Below are positions 47,301 to 56,149 of a stretch of 64,000 nucleotides of DNA, piece after piece. Positions within the stretch are counted from its first letter, which is position 1. Each line of letters opens with the position of its first letter. The stretch is from Anaerolineales bacterium (GTDB taxonomy: Bacteria; Chloroflexota; Anaerolineae; Anaerolineales; E44-bin32): contig DASWJQ010000057.1 of assembly GCA_036397095.1 (NCBI GenBank), forward strand, positions 3,399-67,398, written 5' to 3'. The notes beneath the pieces were generated by a model. That model did no database searches. It was given only the letters and a program-made list of their open reading frames with translations, and was not told where the DNA came from. Position numbers and translations under genes: made by a program.

Positions 47301-50300
47301 TGTGTCGCTGTCCGAGTCGCTGATGATGCCGAAGGGACCGGGAGCAGGGAGGGCCGGCACGGCCGACAGATTGCCGCCGACCGACACCAGACTGGCGCTG
47401 ATGGCGCGCAAGATGCCGGCTTGCGGCGGGATGGTCGGCAGCGTGTCGGTGATCACCAGCGGAATGGCGGTGCCTTCGGGCAGGGTCACGGTGATTTCAA
47501 AGGTGACCTGTTCGCCAATCACCAAGTCAACAATGCCCAGGTCGTACTCGCCGCTGGCCGTCGATGTGACCGAGGTGGCGCTGATCGTCTTAGAGACCGC
47601 CGGATCATCGAGGCTCAGATCGACCGAAGCGCTGTCCACATAGTCATTCAGCCCACCAACACCGCTGGTGCCCGTGCGTTCCCCGGTGGCGCTGCCGGCG
47701 GTGCCGGCGGTAGATCCCGTCGGGTTGCCGCTCGTGCCGCTGCCGGGCAGGCTGGTGTAGGTCAGGCGGGCCGTGTTGCCGATATCGATGCCAATCGGCG
47801 TGTCGCTGTTCACAACGGCGTCGACCGTAATCGTCACACTGTCCCCCGGATCCAGACGGTCGATGAGCACATCGACGGTATTGCCAACCGAATTGTCAGT
47901 GACGATTGCGTAGCCGGGGGCGCTCACGCTGACGCCGGTCAGCGTCGAATCGGAGCCCAGCGTATCTAGCAGTTGCAGGTCAAAGGCGGCCGCCGCCCGG
48001 AAGCCCGACGAGGTGTTGCCGAAGGTCAACGTGTATTCGAGCGGGTCATCGGCATCAGAAGGCGCCAGCGTGACGGTCTTGTTCAAGTTGGCAATCAGCG
48101 GCTCAGCAACCCGGACCCGCACCGAATTGGAATTTTCCCCATCCACGCCATTGATCCGGGGTCGGAATTCGTTGTCACGATTGGATGTCGCCGTAGCACC
48201 GGTGGCGTTGTTGTAGGCCTGGTTGCTGCTGTGGTTCATCACAATGGCATTGAATTCGACGACTACAAATTCGTGATCGTCATCGCGATCGTCGTTGGTC
48301 AGGTCACCCAGCTTGAAGTAGACATCCGTGCCGCTGCCGTAGACGTCATCGTCACTCCCGGCGGCACTCGAGACAGCCACATCGGGCAGTACGAAGGTCG
48401 GCGTGATCGAACCCACCGTCGTTTCGTTGCCACTCACATTCAGTCCGGCGCCGGCCAGAGTCGTTGAACCAATGCCGGCGTCGTTGGCCACCAGTGCAGC
48501 CATCGCCGTTCCATCGTCCAAGAACTGCATCCCGCTGGGCAGACGATCTTGCAGTTGGAAATCAAGAGCCGTCCCCTCCGCCAGACGGAATTGCAGGCGG
48601 TAGCGCACGATTTCGCCGATGGCGACGCTCTCGAGCGAGCTGACAACGCCGGTGTGGGATTCGGACGTCGCCACAATGGATTTATCGGGCGCCGAGAACA
48701 CGGTCACTATGGCGTCGTCACTGGCTAGGTGGTCGTTGACGGCGCCGCCGGGGTTGGTGGTGTCGCCAGTCCGCTCGACCGAAAGGCTGTTGTTGGCGGT
48801 CTGGGCGGTGGTGACGTCGGTCGGCAGGCTGGTCCAGGTGACGACGGCCGTGTTGGTCAGCACCTGGCCCGGGCTGACCGTGGCGTCCAATGTGGCCTGG
48901 AAGGTCAGGGTGCTGGTGGTGCCGATGGGGAAATTGGTCCAGCCGGCGGCTAATGTTGGCGCCCCGGAGGCGTCGAGGCTGTCCGGCGCCGTACCGGCCG
49001 TATGGCTCAGCGAAAGCGGGACATAGGTCATGCCCGCTGGCACGGTGTCAGTCCAGGCGGCTTCAAAGGCATCGCTGCCGGTGGCGCCGCTGTGGTCGAT
49101 GACTACGGTGAAGGTGACGGTGTCCCCGGCGTCGGCCATGGTTAGATCGACTGTCTTGTCAACTTGCAGCACCGGCTCGACAACCGTGACCTCGGGGCCG
49201 AAGGCGCTAGCCGTGCCCTCGGTCCAGTTCCAGGCGGCGGTGTTGTTGAGCAGTGTGACCGGCGAATCCTGGTTGCCGGCGCTGTTGAGCACCACCACCC
49301 GGTACACAAGGGTAATGGTCTCGGCCACATTGTCGTCGGTGTTGATGTTGGTCAGGTCGCCAAAGGCAACCGTCATGCGCCGGGCCTGATCCTCGGCCAG
49401 CGCAGAGCCGCCTGGAACCTCGCCGAAGACGGCCGTCGCCGGGCCGGTCCAGGTCAGGTCGCCGGAAGAAGCGGTAACGGAATCAAGCGCCACAAAGGCC
49501 AGCCCCTGGTCGAGGGTGTCGGTCAGGGTGACCCCGGTCGAGCTGCCTTCGGGGATGGTGACGGTCAGGGTGTACTCGACGATCTCGCCGATGGCGACCT
49601 GTAGGCCGCTGGTAAACCCCTGGTTGGTGTCGGTCAGGTCCTTGACCAGGCCGACGTCGGCAATGGTGGTGTCGGCGTCATCCTGGAAGGCGGCGTTGGG
49701 GCCGTCGCCGGTGTGGTCCGGTCCACCTTCCTCGCCAGCGTAGTTGGTGACCTCGGCCGTGTTAGTGATCACCTGGTTGGGCTCGGCCGACGGATCAATC
49801 TGCAGATCGTAAGTGATGACGATCAGATTGCTGCCATCGGTCGGGTGATAGGCCTCGCATACGCCCACGCCCAGGCCCGGATCCACCAATTCAATCCCGG
49901 CGCCAAACAAATCCGTATCGGTGCCCAGGTAGCTGACGGCCGACCCGTCGCCCTTGGTCACTGTCAAGTTGAGACCGCCGCCGGGGATGACAAACCCCGG
50001 CTGCAGCGTGTCGGTGACAATAAGGTCAAAGGCGCCGGCCGGGCTGCTGCCCTGGTTCTCGATCACGATAGCGAACGAAACCAGATCGTCGGCGTCAACA
50101 CCGCTCAGGTTCGAATCGACCGGGTTGGAGGCCAGGCCGTCCGAGCTGATCGTGCCGCCAAACCTCGTTCCGGCCGAACCTGGCGGGCTGAAAGCGACTG
50201 GGCCGGTGGTCCCCGGCGAGAACACACCGGCCGCCTGGTCGGTGGCGATGACACCCTTCTTGACCAGCAAGAACGGCTCGAGCAGCGTGAACTGGATGAT

Positions 50301-52658
50301 GCCGTCGTCGTCGGTGTCCGTCGAGTTGGTCGAGCCTTCATGGACCCGCAGTTGGTTGGTTAACAGAAGGCGATCGGTGAAAGGTTCGTTGGACACCGTG
50401 ACGGTAAACAGGATGTCAACCGCGGTGCTCGGCGACGGCACACTGGGATCATCGTAATTGCCGTAGGTGAACTGCACGCTGTTGCCGCTGGCACTGGTGG
50501 AGATGGCCGGCACGATGTTGGAGGCAGGCGGGTTGGAATTGTAGAAAGAATCGGCCGGCCCGAACTTGGCCGTGCCGGCTGTCGGCGCCGCCACGCTGAC
50601 GGTCGGGTCGAAAGTCGTGACCTCGGTGGCGTCGAGCACCGGTAGAGGCAGGAAGTCGATCAAGTACAGGTCTTCGAAATCGCTGGTGGGCAAGTCGTAT
50701 TGCAGACGGAAAGTGAGCGTGTCGCCCGGCTCGACCTCGACGTCGGGGCAGGCCCCGCACGTTGTCCCGTTTACGGCATAGATGGATTTCTCCGGCTGGC
50801 CTCTCGGGATGCTGACGCTAGCGTTGGAGGCGTCGGCTTCGCTGAAACCGTTGGCCGTCAGATCGGCCGGATCGAGCAGGTCGCCGGCAACGGTGACCGT
50901 GTCAGCCAGCACATCGCCCTGGTCGACCGACTCGTCACCAGACGGAAAATCGTCGCTGAATTCGTCCTGAATGATGGTGCGGAAGGTGATGGTGCCGGTC
51001 GTGGGCCCGTCGTTGTAGCCGCCGCAATCCGGGTCGGGGCCGCCGGTGCCATCGGTGGGGATGCAGCCGCCAATCAGGCGACCGGTGGGCTGGCCGCGGG
51101 TCACAATCTCGTCTGAGGCGCGCAAGGTAATGATGGTGGTGCCATCGGTTGGCGGCGGACCGCCGCCGCCGGTGTAGTGCGGCTCGACAGTGTAGTTGGC
51201 AGCGTTCATGCCCGCTGCCGCCAGGCTGAAGCCGTTGCCAGCCAAAGACAACGTCGGCGTGAAGCTCATATCGAAGCGTTGGCCGTCGGAAATGGTGTCG
51301 GTCAGCATGACCTGGTCGAAGGCAAAGAAGTCCGACACCTGAAACTGGAGCGAGTACTGCAGGGTGTCGCCGGGCGACGGGCTGGTGGCGCCGACCGGAA
51401 TGACGACGGTGACGCCCTTCTGCACGGCGATCGAACGATCATTGAGCGTATGAAGAATGGAACATGACGGACAAATGCCGCCGGCGATGACATTGTCGGC
51501 GCCGCCGCTGTCACGCGGGTCGATCGGCGTCCAGTCGCCGACGCCGCCGGCCCGGTTGTCCGAGGTCGAGTCGTCCCCTGAGGCCGGCGGCACGACCGGA
51601 GCGCCGTCGGCGTCGAATTGGGTCACGAAGTAGGAGAAGGTGATGGTCGCCGAGCCGGTTACGCTGGGGAAGTTGACCACCAGCCGGTTGTTGGGCGGGT
51701 TGGCGGCCGCACCGACGGTCGGCGTCTGGACCACGGAACCGGCCGGCGAGATCAAATCGACACTGAGAAAGGCCAGGTTATTGGGCAGCTCGTCGGTCAC
51801 ATCGAGATCAGTCACGGTTTGACCGGGGGCCACGTCGACCGTGATTGTGTATTGGCGCGGGAAGTTGGGCCCGGTGGCGGTTTCGTCCTCGGGGCCGCTA
51901 TAGGCCTTGCTGATCGACACCAGCGTCGGGTCGAGGCTGTCACTGGGCCAGCCGCTGCCGTCGTCGCTCGTGGGAACCAGGATCACCGGGTCACAGCACC
52001 AGTCGTCGAGCGGCGTGTTGCCAAAGCGGAACCCGCCCCGGGCGCGCAGGGTGAGGGGCGTACCCAGATCAGCCAGGTTGCTCAAGCTGGCGCCGACGCT
52101 GACGACCACCGCCGGCTGGCTTGGGGTGAACGAGCCGAACGGCAGCTGAAGCACGACCAGCTTGTCACCGGCGGTGCCGCACACCTGAATGTAGGCCCCG
52201 CTGGTGTCGCGAGCGTAGGGATGGTCTACACAGCCGCTGCCACCTCCGTCATCGGGGAAGGTCTGTTCGACCGCCATCACCGGCGAACCCAGGTAGGTGG
52301 CGCCGGTGAAATCAACACCGTCGGGGGTATCCGTACCGGCCGCCCCATCGGCCCCATTGACGGGGAACAGCAGATCAACGAAGGGGCCATAACCGGTGGT
52401 ATCGCCGGCGTTATCGAAGGTCACCGTAAGGTTGAAGTTGGCGCCCAGCGACACACTGCCGGGGGCCGCCAGCGAGACCGCTGGCGTTGCCACCTGCAGC
52501 GGCCGGGCGGCGGCGGCCGATGGACTCAGCAGTGGCGCCATCACGACCAGCACCAGGGAAGCCCATTGCAGGGGCCTGCCCAACGATTCGAACGCAAGCT
52601 GAGGTAAGCGCAGGGAGCGCGAGGAGAACCGGCGTCGACGAAGGATCGATTGTGTCAA
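44370..52658 (-). CDS. Giant surface protein: ~14 isopeptide-type (DUF11/fimbrial D2-like) Ig domains, LPATG motif and C-terminal sortase domain; start uncertain (TTG 52658)
   Basis: Signal peptide ending AAA-AR; repeated K...G(D/E)..Y.(L/I)...D.LP.G...N.A units; LPATG at 44874-44888; sortase LTGH, WLTLVTC, RLVVRA. Confidence 0.9.
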   Translation of the reverse strand: MTQSILRRRRFSSRSLRLPQLAFESLGRPLQWASLVLVVMAPLLSPSAAAARPLQVATPAVSLAAPGSVSLGANFNLTVTFDNAGDTTGYGPFVDLLFPVNGADGAAGTDTPDGVDFTGATYLGSPVMAVEQTFPDDGGGSGCVDHPYARDTSGAYIQVCGTAGDKLVVLQLPFGSFTPSQPAVVVSVGASLSNLADLGTPLTLRARGGFRFGNTPLDDWCCDPVILVPTSDDGSGWPSDSLDPTLVSISKAYSGPEDETATGPNFPRQYTITVDVAPGQTVTDLDVTDELPNNLAFLSVDLISPAGSVVQTPTVGAAANPPNNRLVVNFPSVTGSATITFSYFVTQFDADGAPVVPPASGDDSTSDNRAGGVGDWTPIDPRDSGGADNVIAGGICPSCSILHTLNDRSIAVQKGVTVVIPVGATSPSPGDTLQYSLQFQVSDFFAFDQVMLTDTISDGQRFDMSFTPTLSLAGNGFSLAAAGMNAANYTVEPHYTGGGGPPPTDGTTIITLRASDEIVTRGQPTGRLIGGCIPTDGTGGPDPDCGGYNDGPTTGTITFRTIIQDEFSDDFPSGDESVDQGDVLADTVTVAGDLLDPADLTANGFSEADASNASVSIPRGQPEKSIYAVNGTTCGACPDVEVEPGDTLTFRLQYDLPTSDFEDLYLIDFLPLPVLDATEVTTFDPTVSVAAPTAGTAKFGPADSFYNSNPPASNIVPAISTSASGNSVQFTYGNYDDPSVPSPSTAVDILFTVTVSNEPFTDRLLLTNQLRVHEGSTNSTDTDDDGIIQFTLLEPFLLVKKGVIATDQAAGVFSPGTTGPVAFSPPGSAGTRFGGTISSDGLASNPVDSNLSGVDADDLVSFAIVIENQGSSPAGAFDLIVTDTLQPGFVIPGGGLNLTVTKGDGSAVSYLGTDTDLFGAGIELVDPGLGVGVCEAYHPTDGSNLIVITYDLQIDPSAEPNQVITNTAEVTNYAGEEGGPDHTGDGPNAAFQDDADTTIADVGLVKDLTDTNQGFTSGLQVAIGEIVEYTLTVTIPEGSSTGVTLTDTLDQGLAFVALDSVTASSGDLTWTGPATAVFGEVPGGSALAEDQARRMTVAFGDLTNINTDDNVAETITLVYRVVVLNSAGNQDSPVTLLNNTAAWNWTEGTASAFGPEVTVVEPVLQVDKTVDLTMADAGDTVTFTVVIDHSGATGSDAFEAAWTDTVPAGMTYVPLSLSHTAGTAPDSLDASGAPTLAAGWTNFPIGTTSTLTFQATLDATVSPGQVLTNTAVVTWTSLPTDVTTAQTANNSLSVERTGDTTNPGGAVNDHLASDDAIVTVFSAPDKSIVATSESHTGVVSSLESVAIGEIVRYRLQFRLAEGTALDFQLQDRLPSGMQFLDDGTAMAALVANDAGIGSTTLAGAGLNVSGNETTVGSITPTFVLPDVAVSSAAGSDDDVYGSGTDVYFKLGDLTNDDRDDDHEFVVVEFNAIVMNHSSNQAYNNATGATATSNRDNEFRPRINGVDGENSNSVRVRVAEPLIANLNKTVTLAPSDADDPLEYTLTFGNTSSGFRAAAAFDLQLLDTLGSDSTLTGVSVSAPGYAIVTDNSVGNTVDVLIDRLDPGDSVTITVDAVVNSDTPIGIDIGNTARLTYTSLPGSGTSGNPTGSTAGTAGSATGERTGTSGVGGLNDYVDSASVDLSLDDPAVSKTISATSVTSTASGEYDLGIVDLVIGEQVTFEITVTLPEGTAIPLVITDTLPTIPPQAGILRAISASLVSVGGNLSAVPALPAPGPFGIISDSDSDTFEDTVVFDFGDVTNTPDNIEDSDDQIVLQVVARVENTSGNQNGDQLTNNVVVDAGGETGSASVDVELVEPELQIGKLADDDTPGLGQTVTYTLTVSHLGSSTADAEEVVVTDTIPTGLTYVGGSASAPAGWTANEAGAPTLVFSGSLSQDDASVVFTYQATVDLPPSANVSDVIDNTADLSWTSVPGADANERDGSGGVDDYSSSAEESVTVTGIDLTLTKDDGSISAVPGDTIAYTLTIENVGNAGATGVVITDVIPQYTTFNAGSSSLGWVCLPDGTAGSTCSYNQGAMAAGQTIVLTLAVDVDSTVPALVELISNSASVGDDGTNGIEPTPDDNSDSDDTPLGAFPDLSITKDDGLSIISDGTVLTYQMDIANIGDQDATGVVVSDMVPANTIFNPAGSTLGWSCTPDNNAGSACEFTVGDLVAGDGLTIFFQVTVDSPLDPGVTQIVNTVTVADDGTNGPEPDLDNNTATDTDNIATDVNADLVKSLDDTDQIFTGPGDAAIGEILTYELVLTVPAGTMADVVLTDTLDQGLAYVACEPVVASDPALTASVGSLSDICNNATVSAVPGGSLEPVDQGRSISFDFDNITNGDDEDQTLTLRYTVVVLDSLGNQRGGLLNNAAVVTWVGDGLSAAASEVELVEPTLTLDKSAEPTVVLNNGLVTFTLQIGSDIESDSDAFDLILEDTLPPELVYEPGTLIWTGVGQAPTTIIDGGAPLLQVTWDSFPQGSSEIQYQARLQGVAPGQGVSNDAFLEWSSMPGDFDAPFALSSHNELANERVYDPGSPVDVYGVGASATVSAPRLPATGFPPTSRSLRGPDPSESNVTALPDFRLKIDKLRLNSAIVGVPTDDEGWDLTWLSGQVGYLEGTAFPTLPGNTALTGHVLLPGGTPGPFATLDELVWGDRIEIETQGLRFVYEVRQVRRVLPENLSVLRHETLDWLTLVTCEAYDAGSSSYLHRLVVRAVLVSVESIDG

Positions 52659-52863
52659 GAATGAGTCCCTATCGAGAAAATATGCGCAAGATGGATGGGA
52701 TTGTACACTCTCCACCGGCCTCTCGCACTTACGAAAGGGCAAGGTTCCGCCCAACAGCCCGCGACTAGGACCTTCCTACTATATGGGCCGGGAAACGGAG
52801 ACTGCCGTGTGCCGTTATCCTACTAGAGTGGCAGGCGGCTGAGCTGCCTGCTTAACAATGTCC

Positions 52864-52949
52864 CGAAAGGGCAAAACCGCCGAAAGGTGGTGGCGCAAAG
52901 CTAGAGGGTCTAAGGCTGACACGGTCAGCTATGACAGCCAGCTGCCGAA
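52864..52949 (+). ncRNA. c-di-GMP-I (GEMM) riboswitch
   Basis: GGGCAAAACCGCC-GAAA-GGTGGTGGCGCAAAGC...GGGTCTAAG...TATGACAGCCAGCTGCCGAA: GNRA tetraloop, CTAAG/TATG receptor, and GGGCAAA, CGCAAAG and CCGA conserved blocks. Confidence 0.92.
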
Positions 52950-53103
52950 GCGATAAGACAGCGAGCACGTGTCTTCGGACCCCGCCACCCGGCTTTGCCC
53001 CGTGTGCGGGGTCCGGCGCGTCTCTCACCAATACTGAGGCCTGACGAATCTGATAGGTAATCGTAGAGCAGAAACCGTCCAAGGCCGCCTAGGATTCAAT
53101 CAT

Positions 53104-54075
53104 ATGAGATTGCTGGACGCTCTTCGGCCAACACGCTTCACCAGACTGCCCAGGCGGGGCCAACGCGGGCAGGCAATGGTCGAGTTCATGTTGGTCCTGC
53201 CTGTTCTGCTCCTGATAACCGTTGGCATTGTCGAATTCGGTCGAATGTTTGCCATTTATGCCATGATCAATTCAGCCAGCCGCGAGGCCAGCCGCTACGG
53301 CGCTTCGGTCGGCGACAACGGATCAGGCATTCCGCGCTACCTGGATTGCGCCGGCATCCGCGACGCCGCGCGCCGCGTTGCGATCCTGTCGGAGCTGGCC
53401 GATTCGGATATCACCATCACCTACGATGCTGGCGTCACGACTTCGCCTGTCGGCAACTGCGACGCCAACCCCAACCCCTCCGAGATTTCACTCGGTGATC
53501 GGGTCTTGGTGACCGTCCGCACCTCCTATGAACCGATCGTGCCCCTGCTGCCAATCCCGCCGCAGACCCTCACCTCGATGTCGGCTCGCACGATCCTCAA
53601 GGAAATTGATGCCGGACCGACTGCCACCTTGGGCGGCCCGGCTGCCACACCGACCAAGACCAACACGCCGGATCCGCTCGTCACGCCGTCGGTGACACCA
53701 ACGCCTTCCGAGACGCCTACGCCTACAGCCAGCTTTACCGCAACGGCGGGACCGTCCCTTACGCCGTCTCAGACTCTGACACCGTTCCCGACCCCGACCT
53801 CTATTCCAGCACCGACCGGCTTTGAAGCGACGATCAATTGCAGCAACCGCAAAGTCAGCTTCGACTGGAATACAGTCAGCGGGGTCGACTACTACGCCGT
53901 CTATCGGTCTTCACCGGCGCCAACGATTCAAATCGTGATTGACAGCAGCCCGGCCTGCATCAACTGCAACGCCCTGCCCGACGCCGAGACGAGCCGCACC
54001 TACTATGTCGTGGCGGTGGTCGACGGGCACGAAAGCGCACCTTCCAACCTGGATACGGTCTCATGCGCCCCCTGA
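53104..54075 (+). CDS. tadE: TadE-like pseudopilin with a Pro/Thr linker and C-terminal FN3-like domain
   Basis: RG-QAMVEF prepilin site, EFGR, ASREASRY; PT tract; W..V.G..YY.VYR...YYVVAV..G.ES..SN. Confidence 0.85.
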   Translation: MRLLDALRPTRFTRLPRRGQRGQAMVEFMLVLPVLLLITVGIVEFGRMFAIYAMINSASREASRYGASVGDNGSGIPRYLDCAGIRDAARRVAILSELADSDITITYDAGVTTSPVGNCDANPNPSEISLGDRVLVTVRTSYEPIVPLLPIPPQTLTSMSARTILKEIDAGPTATLGGPAATPTKTNTPDPLVTPSVTPTPSETPTPTASFTATAGPSLTPSQTLTPFPTPTSIPAPTGFEATINCSNRKVSFDWNTVSGVDYYAVYRSSPAPTIQIVIDSSPACINCNALPDAETSRTYYVVAVVDGHESAPSNLDTVSCAP

Positions 54076-54521
54076 CCTCAGCTGCGCGCAGTCCTTCTCT
54101 CCGATCCGATCGGACACGGACGAGCCAACGAGGCCAAAGCCTGACCGAGTTGTCCATCACGCTCGTGATCTTACTTACCCTGCTGGCCGGCGTGCTTGAT
54201 ATCGGCCGTGCCTATTACGTCTTTCTGTCATTACGAGATGCGGCTGCCGAGGGGGCGGCCTACGGTTCGTTCGACCCGACCAACACGACCGAAATTGAGG
54301 GCCGCGTACGCCGCGAGAGCCCGGGAGGCATGATCGACTGGACCGGGGCCTCGATCTCGACGTCAATCCTGGGACAGCCTTGTCGTGGCGGCGGCATTGA
54401 GGTCACTGCCACGGTTGAGTTCCCGCTGCTGACACCGTTTATCGGCACCATTGCCGGCAGCCAATCCTTGCCATTGACGGCCACCGTCGTCAACACCATC
54501 CTGTCGCCGGCTTGCCCATGA
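54063..54521 (+). CDS. tadE: TadE-like pseudopilin
   Basis: RG-QSLTEL, DIGR, LRDAAAEGA.Y. Confidence 0.85.
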   Translation: MRPLTSAARSPSLRSDRTRTSQRGQSLTELSITLVILLTLLAGVLDIGRAYYVFLSLRDAAAEGAAYGSFDPTNTTEIEGRVRRESPGGMIDWTGASISTSILGQPCRGGGIEVTATVEFPLLTPFIGTIAGSQSLPLTATVVNTILSPACP

Positions 54522-54552
54522 GCATGCCGACTCGCGAAAGTAGAGCACACCT

Positions 54553-55770
54553 ATGAAACCACGGAGCGAACAACTTTCTCAGCGGGGCCAATCCCTTGTC
54601 ATCTTAGCAGTGGGGATTGTGGGCCTGCTTGGCATGTCGGGGCTGGCCATCGACGGCGGCATCATGTTCGCCGACCGCCGCCATGCCCAAAACGCGGCCG
54701 ACGCCGGCGCCATGGCCGGCGCCTTTTCACTGCTGCAGGGTTACGATCCCGTTCCGCCGGCTTATTCCCGTGCCGCCGATAACGACTTTGACGACAACGG
54801 CGTGAGCAATTGGGTCACGGTGTACTACCCACCTGCCTACGGTGCGAACGCGGGAGACTACAACTACGTCCAGGTTGAGATCGAGTCCAAGGTCGAGAGC
54901 ATGTTCGCTCACTTCGTCTTTGGTGGGGAGCTGCGCAACACGGTCAACGCCGTCGCCCACGCCAAGCCGGCCACGGTCGAGCCTTTGTTGTTCGGTAATG
55001 CCATTGTCGGGCTGGCCGAAGGCGGCTGCGCCGTGGTCTGGAGCCACGGCAGCAACAGCACCGACATCACCGGCGGCGGCATCCACGTCAACTCCAACCA
55101 CCCGGACTGCGCCTTCAAGTCGAGCGGCGGCAATGATTTGAATGTGACCGGCGGCGGCATTTCGGTTGTCGGCGGGTTTGAGATCGATGGCACTTCAACG
55201 GTCAACCCGCTGCCCACCACCGGCGCTGCCGTGCTGGAAACCCCCGCCATTCCCACGCCGACCTGCGGCTCGAACGCGGTCAGGGACAGCGGCACAGGTG
55301 TCATCACACCCGGCTACATTGACGATTTCAACTTCCACGGTGGGAGTTGGACTCTAGAGCCGGGAATCTACTGCGTCGACGGCGGGTTCGCCGTGAATTC
55401 AGGGACCACGATCCTGGGCAACGACGTCATGATCTATGTCATGAGCGGTGATGTGTCCTGGAATGGCGGGGCCACGCTGAATCTGGACGCCCCCAACGAC
55501 GGCGAGTTTGCCGGGATGCTGATCTACCAGGACCCGGCCAACAGTGCTATGGCAACCATCAACGGGTCCTCCGGCTCAACTTTTACCGGTACGATGTTCT
55601 TCCCCAGCGCCGAGGTCCAGATTAACGGCACCGGCGCCAGCGATGGCTTTCATGCCCAGGTGATCGGCGATACGGTGGATATGAGCGGAACGTCCGATCT
55701 GAACATCATCTACAACGAAGATGAGAACTATCAATTGCGCGATCCGGCCCAGGTCGAACTGACCGAGTGA
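54553..55770 (+). CDS. tadG: TadG-like (Tad domain) pilus-associated protein with a beta-helical C-terminus
   Basis: RG-QSLVI, GLAIDGG, AQNAADAGAMAGA, LEPGIYC, G.LIYQD, FTGT.F.P. Confidence 0.82.
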   Translation: MKPRSEQLSQRGQSLVILAVGIVGLLGMSGLAIDGGIMFADRRHAQNAADAGAMAGAFSLLQGYDPVPPAYSRAADNDFDDNGVSNWVTVYYPPAYGANAGDYNYVQVEIESKVESMFAHFVFGGELRNTVNAVAHAKPATVEPLLFGNAIVGLAEGGCAVVWSHGSNSTDITGGGIHVNSNHPDCAFKSSGGNDLNVTGGGISVVGGFEIDGTSTVNPLPTTGAAVLETPAIPTPTCGSNAVRDSGTGVITPGYIDDFNFHGGSWTLEPGIYCVDGGFAVNSGTTILGNDVMIYVMSGDVSWNGGATLNLDAPNDGEFAGMLIYQDPANSAMATINGSSGSTFTGTMFFPSAEVQINGTGASDGFHAQVIGDTVDMSGTSDLNIIYNEDENYQLRDPAQVELTE

Positions 55771-56035
55771 ACCACGAAGACTCCAAGCGCGCCAAGGCTT
55801 AAGTGAGATGTCACTAAGGCTGGGCAGGCGATCGGGCCTGCCCTTCCCTTTTCACCTTGCTCGCCCCTTCGTGGCCCCAGGTTCTATGTCGGTTGCCCCA
55901 TGCCGCGGGCCAACCACGTAGCCTCCGATCGCACAAAGACACCAAGGAAGGGTTATCAAGGCTGGGCGAGTGATCGGGCCTGCACTTCTTTGTGCACCCT
56001 GCTTGCCCCTTCGTGACCTTTGCGCCTTTGTGGTT
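55770..56035. repeat. Two tandem ~125-bp copies of the AACCAC...GTGGTT element
   Basis: Units 55770-55894 and 55912-56035 share AAGGCTGGGC....GATCGGGCCTGC.CTT...GCCCCTTCGTG.CC. Confidence 0.7.
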
Positions 56036-56090
56036 ACGCCAGAGTCTAACGGGATTCTAACGAGCCGAGCGGGGTCGCAAAAGGGCGCGA

Positions 56091-56099
56091 TGATATAAT
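56091..56099 (+). promoter_or_regulatory. Extended -10 promoter of clpC
   Basis: TGA-TATAAT about 50 nt before the ATG. Confidence 0.6.
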
Positions 56100-56149
56100 C
56101 GCGCCGGCCTAGGCTCTAGAGAGCCGGGTCTGAGGGAAGGTAGCCGACC

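Noticed and set aside
52625..52658. Tat signal (RRRRF) on the giant adhesin
   Set aside because: Poor match to S/T-R-R-x-F-L-K, far from the hydrophobic core, and the start codon is uncertain; Sec export is more plausible.
55770..56035. CRISPR array
   Set aside because: Only two long degenerate units, with no constant repeat separated by unique spacers.
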